DNA of 62,818 nt, filler included, from Asterionella formosa (taxonomy: Eukaryota): assembly GCA_002256025.1 (NCBI GenBank). It is 16 parts of 16 records of this genome, joined end to end, with 100 filler letters (N's around TTAATTAATTAA, not from the genome) between each part and the next. Parts side by side here need not be neighbours in the genome. Positions count along the whole stretch, not along the records: positions 50,198 to 51,503 come from NKIB01003044.1; positions 51,604 to 52,919 come from NKIB01003045.1; positions 53,020 to 54,334 come from NKIB01003046.1; positions 54,435 to 55,748 come from NKIB01003048.1; positions 55,849 to 57,162 come from NKIB01003049.1; positions 57,263 to 58,576 come from NKIB01003050.1; positions 58,677 to 59,990 come from NKIB01003051.1; positions 60,091 to 61,404 come from NKIB01003052.1; 8 more parts are not named here. One strand, 5' to 3'. This document shows, piece by piece, positions 50,364 through 61,504 of this stretch; the first letter of the stretch is position 1; each line of letters begins with the position of its first letter. The translations under genes and the position numbers were made by a program. A model generated the notes under the pieces. It was not told the DNA's origin. It worked only from the letters and a program-made list of their open reading frames with translations, and ran no database searches.

Positions 50364-50560
50364 TCCTGACGAGGAATACTGTGTCGTCGGTGGGGAACTC
50401 ATTCGTCTCACAGTAGCCGAAAAGGAGCGTATCTTTCTGGACGCGCTTCAGTCCTACGATGCCACTGGAAGGCCAATGCTCAAGGATGACGAGTTTGACC
50501 CATTGAAGGAAGATTTGCAATGGAAGAACGGATCTGAGCATATACCGGTATATAGCTAAA
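50364..50560 (+). pseudogene. PGRL1: Second, shorter copy of the PGRL1-like fragment
   Basis: Translates PDEEYCVVGGELIRLTVAEKERIFLDALQSYDATGRPMLKDDEFDPLKEDLQWKNGSE. Flanks are the reverse complement of 44538-44800 and 45240-45425. Confidence 0.75.
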
Positions 50561-51603
50561 GCAAGGAAAGACGACACAACAATGAACGTGATGGCTGGTT
50601 GTTGAGGATACCGGTATGTGATATGCATCAATCCATCATGTCACAAATCATATTATAGTGATGTACATATCAACGCATCCGTATACTTAGATCCTATCCA
50701 CTGTATAATACTATCATATTAAGTGTTCACTTTAACTGTATACATTAAACGACAAACACATATATTAATTAACATACTTTATGATTGCTTGATTTATTTT
50801 CTATGATGTCTTGGTAACACTTGCCTACATATTTTATCGTATTTTATTGTCATTGTACTATTTTTACATGATCATATTTCGATCAAAATTATATCATAAA
50901 CATTTTATAAAATCATCATAGTTTTATGATCAATGTATCATAGCTATGTGATGTACTTTATTCAATATTACGTATCATACTTTGGTGATGTATGCATCGA
51001 TGTAACCCTATCATGATATCACATTATCATCTTGCCAATCATGATGAGATGATTGGGAAGCAACTGTATTATGCATCGTGCTACAGGGTATATTATTATA
51101 TCACGCAATTTAGTAGCGAAGTCACTCCGCCTGTAATGTACTAAAGTCGACAGTGCACATACCGGTACTCACATGCTAATCAGGTTTGAGGAAACGGACA
51201 GTGGTTCCAACGAGCGAATAATGATACCACGAGTACCAATTTTTTCAGCAAAAGAACTTGTCTCTCTATTGATGAGGATGACACGGACACCGACTTTTCC
51301 AGGAGCAAACAACAATGAAGAGAGCCAGGCCCCTTGTCGCTCTATTGATGTGAACAAAGATGCGGACAAGTTCAACAGTGAATACAAGAACAACATACCA
51401 ATGAAAACAAGTCGACAGTGTGTGTACGCACACGCCAAGCAGGTTTGAGGCAACCGACAATTCCAACAAGCAAATGACGATACAGATATCAAATTCTTCC
51501 TACNNNNNNNNNNNNNNNNNNNNNNNNNNNNNNNNNNNNNNNNNNNNTTAATTAATTAANNNNNNNNNNNNNNNNNNNNNNNNNNNNNNNNNNNNNNNNN
51601 NNN

Positions 51604-52919
51604 ACCCGGCCCTGGGAGGGAAATGGCAAGTAGCAACACAACTTAGTACTGTTTTGTGCTCAACAGTGAAGTGATTGCCACTACCTCCCCCACCGAACAA
51701 CGGGGAGGGGATAGGATTCTTGATGCTATGGGTGGCATGCACTGGAGTTCTGTCTCCTACCCCACTCCCACCCGAGTATTCACTATCGTGACTACTCGCG
51801 GGACCTCTCTCTAAGCCTGGCAGGTCGAGATGCGGTTCCGGGCACGGGGAGACCAAAAAAGTGCCGAAACAAACACGTGCTTCGACAAATTATAGGAATC
51901 GACGGAGTGTCGTTCCACCCGCAGCTCCTCGGGGGCTGAACCAAGAAATTGGGACAGCTGAATTTGTGCAGGAGACTGGAGATTCTGCCAGAACAGCGTT
52001 TGTGGGCCCTTTCCAAGGGGGGACACAAGGAGAGGAGGAAAAGGAACCAGGAGGAGAAGGAAGCATGGGGAGACCACAGGGTGGTGACCAGAGAGTAGGG
52101 GAGAACAGGGGACCACATGGGGAGTTTCCAACACGGCTCCCGGCGCGGCTCATACGACAGGATGCAGTCCGAAATGACCAAGTCCAGTTGTGTGTGTGGG
52201 GGGAAGAGGGCAGTCTCACTATATTCTGGGAACGCCTCTCTTACCTCTGTCGTGCATCCCCCTCACGGGATGGAAACTTGGCCGTAGTTGAGGGGCCCTC
52301 TCCCTTGATGTGCTGGCGGAATCTATGTATTTCGTCCACACAAGGTGACCAATGTCCATCCACTCACCGAAATGTGGTTAAACTAGGTGGAAGCATGGGG
52401 CGAAGAAGATTGGGTACAAATGCACCACCAACAACAATGGGTGCGAAAAGAAAAAAAAAAAATAGGAAAAAAGAAATAAAAATTGAAAAAATAAAGTTAA
52501 AAAATAAAATAAAAAATAAAAAAAGAGGGGAAGAAAAGGAACCCGGCCCTGGGAGGGAAATGGCAAGTAGCAACACAACTTAGTACTGTTTTGTGCTCAA
52601 CAGTGAAGTGATTGCCACTACCTCCCCCACCGAACAACGGGGAGGGGATAGGATTCTTGATGCTATGGGCGGCATGCACTGGAGTTCTGTCTCCTACCCC
52701 ACTCCCACCTGAGTATTCACTATCGTGACTACTCACGGGACCTCTCTCTAAGCCTGGCAGGTCGAGATGCGGTTCCGGGCACGGGGAGACCAAAAAAAGT
52801 GCCGAAACAAACACGTGCTTCGACAAATTATAGGAATCGACGGAGTGTCGTTCCACCCGCAGCTCCTCGGGGGCTGAACCAAGAAATTGGGACAGCTGAA
52901 TTTGTGCAGGAGACTGGAG
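51604..52919. repeat. Direct repeat with 937-bp period (51604-51981 repeated at 52541-52919), A-rich tract just before the second copy
   Basis: Near-identical copies of about 378 bp at both ends of the contig; A-rich run at 52446-52540. Confidence 0.9.
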
Positions 52920-54434
52920 NNNNNNNNNNNNNNNNNNNNNNNNNNNNNNNNNNNNNNNNNNNNTTAATTAATTAANNNNNNNNNNNNNNNNNNNNNNNNN
53001 NNNNNNNNNNNNNNNNNNNTCCAATTGTATCTCAATAATTCAAGTGCTTCCAGTACTCCACTGTCCCACCTGTCATCCACCACTGATGATTTTGATGTAG
53101 TAGATGATTCCAAATGAAGGAAAAATAATATAGATTACATGTCAATGCTAGTATGATTGATTAGAAAGCTAGGCTATCACTCTAGCTAATTGGAAAAACG
53201 GAAGGTTTTTCTATTCTAGAATACCAATATACAAATGCATAGTCATATTAGTTTTTGACGGGCAGTTCAGATAGGCGTAGTACTAGCTGCGTAAGAATAT
53301 GGAATTTACAGGAAACGTGGTGCTACAATTATTCAAAAAACTACAGGTACTGACTACCGGTAGTTAAGCGACTTCCTTTGATCCTCCGCCTCCTCCTTCG
53401 GTTGCCTTTTCTCGTTTTCTTCCTGTATAGGTATGTTTAACTGGTATGTACGGAAGTGTAGGAGCGGTCGTCATCTGATGAGTCGCTATCGTTGCTCATT
53501 TCATCAGGCAGATACATATGGATGAGTACCCTGGTACCAGGTATGCTACCACAAACCACGCAGTGCATCCCATCATTTTCTTATTGGTAGTAATCGGGTT
53601 TATTAATATAACGATACACATGTAATAACATTCTAGTGCTATTTCTATTCGCTAAAAGTTTCGGTGTGAGATTTGACTATTCTAGGATTTGGTCGATGCG
53701 GTGGGAAAAAATATGAAAAATTCGACTATTTATAAAAAAATTCTCAACCAAGTGACATGTATTGATATTTTCAACTGCAATTGGCTTTGGTATTTGGTCG
53801 ATGCGGTGGCGATGCTCTAAAATAATAATAATGTATAACATTTTTACATGCCCATCACTCTGGTAAGTACAACACAGTCCACTTCTACATATTTATATCA
53901 AAAGATAAACAACCAGTACTAACACATTCATTCTCATACCAGTTTCCATCTATAGGATTAGTCATACTGTGTGCTACAGTTACATGCCCAGCCCTAGAAG
54001 GGCTGGATGCTCTATAGGGATGACGCCTAGAGGTATCTTCCCTTTTCCCTAACCCAAACCCTTAACCCTAATAGTGCATACGTAATCTCCAAACTGACAT
54101 GGTACTCAACCAGCACATGACTTGCTATTTTGACAGTAACTGCTGCAGTTGCAAATCAGTGGTGGGCAAACAAAAATGCCCTCTAGTGTTGCAATATTAC
54201 ATGCTTTTGTTGGAACTGGCCCTGTAAAATTATTCTTTCCAAAAGATAATACAACTGTCAAGAAAGTAAAATTTTAGAACAAATGGTCAAGAAATAGAAG
54301 TTTCAGATAAGCAAAACTTACTCAATAAAGACATNNNNNNNNNNNNNNNNNNNNNNNNNNNNNNNNNNNNNNNNNNNNTTAATTAATTAANNNNNNNNNN
54401 NNNNNNNNNNNNNNNNNNNNNNNNNNNNNNNNNN

Positions 54435-55748
54435 CATGAACCTCTTTATGGTTTCTTGAAGACATTGTACTACTTGATAACTGTTGTCGTTGTCTTCCTT
54501 AAAGTTCGATGATCTTAAATTCATTTACTGTCCCGCTGCAGTAGCAGTAGTCATAGACATAGTATGGTGTTCTATTGCTTGCTTATTACTCCGACTACCG
54601 GTACCACTTTTCAGTTTCACGATCATACAATCCTAAAACTATGATGATTTACTATCCCACTGCAGTAGCAACAGACCTGAAAATATGGTGTTCTATTGGT
54701 TTTTGATTTTACGATTATAAGATCCTAAAACTATGATGATTTACTGTTCGAATGCAGTAGCAACAGTCATGAACATATGGTGTTCTTTTGGTTTTTAGTT
54801 TTACGATCATACGATCCTAAAACTATGATGATTTACTGTTCGAATGCAGTAGCAACAGTCATGAACATATGGTGTTCTGTTGCTAGTTTACTACTCCGAC
54901 TACCCCCAGTATATCACTTACTACCTGCTACTGGTACTCTGTATATATATATGATATATTGTTATTGTCATACCAGTATGATGTACCGGTACAAAAAATG
55001 AAGAGCTCCCGCCCAAAAAAGGGGCTTAAACAATTTGCTACCAAAACCTTGGCGGTTATGACTTACACCAATTGAATGGTCTAAATAATTAGTTTCAACG
55101 GACGTAGAAAATATCGATGCAAACAAATTTCAGAAATAATACCGGTACACGTAGTCGTGAAAAACAATGGACATATAGTGCATTGAGTATTTTCGAATTA
55201 TGTATATGCGAGTATGATCATCCCAACCATATCAGATGTTCCATATCGAGAGCGCCTTTGAATTTTATAAATGTATAACACTTCATATATATATATATTT
55301 TTACAAATTTTATTACTATATTCATGGCATATATATTTTTGAAATCGTTCTGTCATGTTAACAAACAATGCCTGCTGCTTCATGAAAAGATACGTCATAG
55401 TAAAGCACATGACAAGAAAAGAAAGTTTATGCAATGCATAACGAAAAACATTGTGACTTCGACACATTGCGCCTTCGAAGGATGGATAATGTTTAAGGTA
55501 ATGAAGCCATCAATGTGGTACTTGGATGACAATCGTTGGGAGACAGGCAGCACAACAACAAATTGTTAACTAAACGCAGCCACATTTCCTTTTTTCTCAG
55601 TTGATTCAACAGCTCGTTTCGCTTGTTGGGGAGCACCAATGTAAAACAAAACCAAACCAAATTGCGTAAGTGCTCTTGTCGCTCGTTGGACCTATTCACT
55701 TCTGTTGGAACAAAACTAACAAAACGTTTATATTCTCTCAAAGTTAAG
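54435..55748. repeat. Dispersed repeat family, copy 1, with 92-bp minisatellite
   Basis: Unit ATATGGTGTTC...TTTTACGATCATACGATCCTAAAACTATGATGATTTACTG...GTAGCAACAGTCATGAAC at 54683, 54775 and 54867. The remainder aligns with 57485-58416. Confidence 0.9.
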
Positions 55749-55848
55749 NNNNNNNNNNNNNNNNNNNNNNNNNNNNNNNNNNNNNNNNNNNNTTAATTAA
55801 TTAANNNNNNNNNNNNNNNNNNNNNNNNNNNNNNNNNNNNNNNNNNNN

Positions 55849-56122
55849 ATCCAGGATAGTAATCATCTAAAATGTTGGTCCGAAGATTCTTTTTGTTTCT
55901 TGTTCTTCCAGCAGCTTCTTTCTTTTTCGATTGTTCCAGACAAAATCCCTCGTACCAAGTTGGGACAATGTACTCCTGAGGAGGATAACGTACTCCTGCT
56001 GTTGTTCGTGCAGCTGCTGCAGTTGCTGTTGCTATTTTTCTTGCTGTTTCTTCTGCTTCTGTTGTTTCTTCAGCTTCTACTTTCACTTCTACTGCGTTTG
56101 TTCTTTTAAATCTGTCTGTCAT
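55849..56122 (-). CDS. 5' fragment of a hypothetical protein (truncated by contig end)
   Basis: ATG at 56122, open to the contig edge, low-complexity E/T/A N-terminus. Divergent from the mutarotase start. Confidence 0.4.
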
Positions 56123-57011
56123 GATGATTACGATGATAATGCTGAGAAGGGTGTCAATGACGTGGAAAAGAGAGAGAGAGGGAGAGAGTGAGTGAGTGAG
56201 AGCGAGAGAGCGAGAGATGACAACGACAAGGGTGACGTTTGCTGAAGAACCAATAAAAAATGTGGGAAGAAAGCATTACCGCAAATTGCGGTAAATTTCC
56301 TGAAACTAAAGATTTAGTTTTCTTTATCCGATATTAAATTGTTTATTTAAGCAAAATGACCGCACCTTGCCGGTATACGGACCGATGAGACATAAAAATA
56401 GTTCCTTGCTTTAAATTTATTCATGTATATATATGTAAAATGTGGTTAGGCTGGCTCTACTGGACAATGGTGAGTCATACACTTGCTGGATTGTGTTGAT
56501 GTGCTTGAGTACCGGTACCTGGTACCAGGTACCTGATACTTGGCACTCCCTACCCCCTTTACCTGGTACCAGTTACCAGATACCTATTTACATACCGGTG
56601 TACATTTCATACCGGGTATATGCTTATAATTTTATACTGATATACCGTTATACCGTTATACATTGGCACCAGTATCTCTGTACGTTTTTATCATAGGTAC
56701 CTGGTAACTTGGTTTAATACTGTGTACATGATGTTTTGTATCCACATCCTCTGCAACTACGACCGGTACTCAGTACAGTACCAGGTATTCCTTACCCAGG
56801 TTGCTAAAAAGGAAAGAAGAATCTTTGCCAAGCACACTACGTAGTATCAGCCAGCAAAGGAAAGTGATGGACTAAAATAAAATACCGCTATAAAATCTTG
56901 ATCGTCTTCGATTGCCATATTCTTTCAATCCTTCTTCTTCTTCTTCTTCTTCTTCTTCTTCTTTTTCTTACTATTATTAATTATATTATTATAACCTCTG
57001 ACTGCAGATCA

Positions 57012-57162
57012 ATGAGGAGTACTACCATCACAGAACTCCCTCTGGTCACAGCCAACGATGGCGCTATTATTCGTTCCTTTGAATTGTCCAATAGCAGTGG
57101 GATTGTTGTTGTCCTTTCCTCGGTCGGTGCTTCCATTCAATCCATCCTAGTTCCTAATTATT
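57012..57162 (+). CDS. galM: 5' fragment of aldose 1-epimerase (mutarotase)
   Basis: FELSNSSGIVVVLSSVGASIQSILVP matches the mutarotase N-terminal L.N..G..V....GA.I.S..VP pattern. Truncated by the linker. Confidence 0.7.
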
Positions 57163-57262
57163 NNNNNNNNNNNNNNNNNNNNNNNNNNNNNNNNNNNNNN
57201 NNNNNNTTAATTAATTAANNNNNNNNNNNNNNNNNNNNNNNNNNNNNNNNNNNNNNNNNNNN

Positions 57263-58576
57263 TATGCCAGAACATATGGTGTTCTGTTGCTCGCTTATTA
57301 CTCCGACTATTGGTTTTTAGTTTTACGATCATACAATCCTAGAACTATGATGATTTATTGTCCCACGGTAGCTAGTAGCAACAGTCCTGAATATATGGTA
57401 TTCCATTGGTTTCTAGTTTTACGATCATACGATCCTAAAATTATGATGATTTACTGTCCCACTGCAGTAGCAACAGTCATGAACATATGGTGTTCTTTTG
57501 GATCATAATTTTACGATCATACAATCCTAAAACTATGATGATTTACTGTCCCACTGCAGTAGCAACAGTCCTGAACATATGGTGTTCTGTTGCTAGTTTA
57601 CCGGTACTACTCCGACTACCCCCAGTATATCACTTACTACCTGCTACTGGTACCCTGTATGTATAAATGATACATTGTTATTGTCATATGATGTACCGGT
57701 ACACATGAAGAGCTCCCGCCCAAAAAAGGGGCATTTGAACGGTCTAAATAATTAGTTTCAACGGACGTAGAAAATATCGATGCAAACAAATTTCAGAGAT
57801 AATACCGGTACACGTAGTCGTGGAAAACAATGGACATATAGTGCATTGAGTATTTTCGAATTATGTATATGCGAGTATGGCCATCTCAACCATATCAGAT
57901 GTTCCATATCGAGAGCGCCTTTGAATTTTATAAATGTCCAACGCTATATATATATATATATATTTACAAATTTTATTACTATATTCATGGCCAATATATT
58001 TTTCAAATCGTTCTGTCATGTTTACAAACAATGCCTGCTGCTTCATGAAAAGATACGTCGTAGTAAAGCACATGACAAGAAAAGAAATTTTATGCAATAC
58101 ATAACGAAAAACATTGTGACTTCGACACATTGCGCCTTCGAAGGATGGAGAATGTTTAAGGTAATATAATGAAGCCATCAATGTGGTACTTGGATGACAA
58201 TCGTTGGGAGACAGGCAGCACAACAACAAATTGTTAACTAAACGCAGCCACATTTCCTTTTTTCTCAGTTGATTCAACAGCTCGTTTCGCTTGTTGGGGA
58301 GCACCAATGTAAAACAAAACCAAACCAAATTGCGTAAGTGCTCTTGTCGCTCGTTGGACCTATTCACTTCTGTTGGAACAAAGCTGACAAAACTTTTACC
58401 TTCTCTCAAAGTTAAGATGACAAAAATGTACCGGTAAGTTTTATTCAACAACATTGGATACCCGAAACTTACTTATTCAAGAATTTGGCTTACTGACAAG
58501 TTACTATAACAGACTTATGCATCAGTTGCATTGATTTGTGGTAAGTGAAGCAAGAGGATACGATGGAATTGCGTGT
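57263..58576. repeat. Dispersed repeat family, copy 2, with 92-bp minisatellite
   Basis: Units at 57393, 57485 and 57577; colinear with 54775-55748. Confidence 0.9.
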
Positions 58577-58676
58577 NNNNNNNNNNNNNNNNNNNNNNNN
58601 NNNNNNNNNNNNNNNNNNNNTTAATTAATTAANNNNNNNNNNNNNNNNNNNNNNNNNNNNNNNNNNNNNNNNNNNN

Positions 58677-59990
58677 TGCCAATGGAGGGAGCAGGTGGGT
58701 CAACCTCCTGGTCCAGATAGGAGAATTGTTCATCGGGACAGTCGCAATCATCGGAGTCAGCAAGAGGGGAGAAAGGGTTGGTTGATTGGGAAGGAAAAAC
58801 CACTGGATGGGCTCGACGGGCTGCGGCGGAGGCAGGGGGTGGCGTGGAAGTGGGTGGAGGCCGGGGGGAAGTGGGGGTGACAGCTGCTGCATAGGAGGAG
58901 GGAGCAGGACTGGAAGGGACAAGAGGGGGAATAATGTCCCGCACAAGGCGGCCGGAGCCAAGGACGCCAGTAGAGGGAGAAATACCCGGGCGAGACGGCG
59001 GAGCGGTGGCTGAGACCGAGGGAGTAGGCTTAGGAATGATGGAGAAGCGAGGAGTGACTAGGGAACACTGGGCGAACTCATGGGCATTGCAGCGATGTAC
59101 TGGGCACTTGAACGAGAGCATGGAGCAAGCTTGAGCATGCGAGAATGAAGTGTTACCCAGCCAAGCGGTGGGAGAGAGAGTTGAGGAGGGGGAAGCGGCA
59201 GGGCGACCAGGATGACCCATCTTAGTAGTGTCGATACCAGGCATGTCGGTGTAGGTTTTTGCTGATGCTACAAGGGTGGCAAGGGTCATCGTAGTGATGT
59301 CTTTTTGGTGGAGGAGGTACGGTTGTACAAAGGAGTGGAAAGCCGGACCAATAGCCAGGAGGAAACAATAACAGATGAATGGTTCTGTAAAGTGTTGACC
59401 CGCAATAGCAGCCTGAGAGACTAGTTCACGGGTGCGAAAGGAGAGTTGGAGAGGGGTTTCCTTGTCTTTCTGGAAGAGGGTATCCCAGGCGGTCAGTAAA
59501 TTAATTAACGAGTGTGAGTGGGAGACGCGATAATATTGTATTACTTCGTGTAACAGGGCAATGCCATTATGTAGAATGTCCTCTTGGCTCCGCCAGTGGT
59601 CGGAGGCCTGGTCATGGAGGGCAACAATTAAGACACTATATAAGGATTGAGAGAGGGCGGTATAGAAAGGGTCAGAAGGCGACGCCAGGTGTATGTGTTG
59701 CCAGACAGGAGTACTCAGATGGGTAGTAATCATGGTGAACCACTCGTTGAATTTGGTTGGATCTCCATTAAAACGGGGTAGGTGGATGGAGAGTTCCTTT
59801 TTAGCATCGGCGAATGCAAGGCTGGTGACAAGGGCCGCTTGGACATCAGCTTTTGTGGCAATAGAGGATGCCAGGGAATCTGGAAGGTGGGATGAGACAA
59901 TTGTAAAAGAGTCGTCCGCCGCAGACTGAAGGGGGAGGGGCGGAGGGGGAGAGGAAGCGTCCGGCTGAGGGGAGGACCGAGGAGAATGAA
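58677..59990 (-). mobile_element. LTR retrotransposon gag-like fragment, copy 1
   Basis: Long ORF with NGIALLHEV, Q..KETP, LLAIGPAF, a knuckle-like CPVHRCNAHEFAQC and a Pro/Ser-rich tail. Confidence 0.7.
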
Positions 59991-60591
59991 NNNNNNNNNN
60001 NNNNNNNNNNNNNNNNNNNNNNNNNNNNNNNNNNTTAATTAATTAANNNNNNNNNNNNNNNNNNNNNNNNNNNNNNNNNNNNNNNNNNNNGGCTCCCTTG
60101 TTGAGCACAGATACAACCGGCAGTAAGGCAGGACCCCTCTTGATGGCGGTCATGGCTTCGCATGTTATCTTTTTGATTGTTTTGAAGTTGGCCTTTTATC
60201 AGTAACAATTTCAAAATGGCGAGTTAGTGCAATAAATGCGGTCCATTCGTATGCATAATTCATGATAGAAATATATTGTTGTGAAGAAGTAGTCTAGGTC
60301 AAGTGCAATATCGTTTGGGTAGTCTAGTCGTTATCCAGTGGAATATGTTTCCTTCCTTTTCTCTTTTGCTGTATAATGCCTGCCAGCCTGTTGGAGTACT
60401 ACACAATTCATGAAGATTAAAAACGAGCCCTGTTGAAAAATGCTAAGACTGTATGTATATCCCTACCAAGAAAACCTAGTTGATGTGATTCTATAAAAAA
60501 CAAACATTCTCGAAAGCGAAGCAATCGTCTCGTCGCTTTGCAAGTAACAAACAACACCTTGGGAGTATATGATAAGAGTCTTGAAATAAAC

Positions 60592-61377
60592 TCAAAAGAA
60601 AGCAGTAATTCCCAAGAGAACAATGCTCAAAGCAGAGGCAAGGGCAAATTGGTTGGCGGCCGAAGTAGATGGGGACTTGGTGGGAGGCTTGGTTGGAGCG
60701 GGAGAAACAATTGCAGGAGCGGTAGGTGCCACTGGAGCAGCAACCACAGGGGCGGTAGATGCCTCTGGTGCACATGCACATTGTTGAACAGCGAACTGAA
60801 GTAGAGTACAGTTGTCTGGGGAAACGAACCCACTTAGAGCACCTTCCTGAAGCAAGTAGCAACCAATATCTCCAATAATTGGAAGGGACAAAGTGATATT
60901 CGCAGTGACGGTTTTACCCGCTCCGCAAATAGAGCAAGCAGGATAGCCAGGATTGGGAGGTAAAGTAGGAGCAACAATTGAAGAAGGAGCAACAACAACT
61001 GGGGAAGGAGCGGCAACTGGAGCGGGAGAAACAACTGGAGCGGGAGAAACAACTGGAGCGGGAGAAACAACTGGAGCAGCAACCGCAGGAGCGGTAGGTG
61101 CCGCTGGTGCGCATGCACAGGGCCCAACTAAGTTAACAAGAAATGAACATTGAGTTGCATCAATATACCCATCCAGACCACCGAGCTCAAGTTGACCACA
61201 AGTAGCGTTTCTCGCAAAAAGATTCAACGTGACGTCTGGGAGAGTTACCATTAGACCCTCGCCGCAAATATAGCAAGTTGGATTGGTGTTATTTGTAGAG
61301 TCCGCGGCGTGAACAGCAGATGGACAGTAGTTCACCGTCAACATAAAGAAAGCAGCAGAAAAGGAGAATCTCGCCAT
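60592..61377 (-). CDS. Secreted, probably GPI-anchored cell-surface protein with two Cys-rich modules and Pro/Ala/Val linkers
   Basis: Signal peptide; two C..CG.G..V....TC/GC..L...G..G....C..L.....CACAP modules; (SPAPVV)n from an 18-bp tandem repeat at about 61014-61078; hydrophobic C-terminus. Confidence 0.85.
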   Translation of the reverse strand: MARFSFSAAFFMLTVNYCPSAVHAADSTNNTNPTCYICGEGLMVTLPDVTLNLFARNATCGQLELGGLDGYIDATQCSFLVNLVGPCACAPAAPTAPAVAAPVVSPAPVVSPAPVVSPAPVAAPSPVVVAPSSIVAPTLPPNPGYPACSICGAGKTVTANITLSLPIIGDIGCYLLQEGALSGFVSPDNCTLLQFAVQQCACAPEASTAPVVAAPVAPTAPAIVSPAPTKPPTKSPSTSAANQFALASALSIVLLGITAFF

Positions 61378-61504
61378 GTTGTTCTCAGTGTGTTTTGTTT
61401 TAAGNNNNNNNNNNNNNNNNNNNNNNNNNNNNNNNNNNNNNNNNNNNNTTAATTAATTAANNNNNNNNNNNNNNNNNNNNNNNNNNNNNNNNNNNNNNNN
61501 NNNN

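Noticed and set aside
54683..54900. 92-bp repeats as a CRISPR array
   Set aside because: The whole unit repeats with no unique spacers, no cas genes are present and the context is eukaryotic.
57861..58454. 197-aa ORF in the repeat family
   Set aside because: It is broken in the paralogous copy (55198-55741), runs through a TA microsatellite and has no domain signal.
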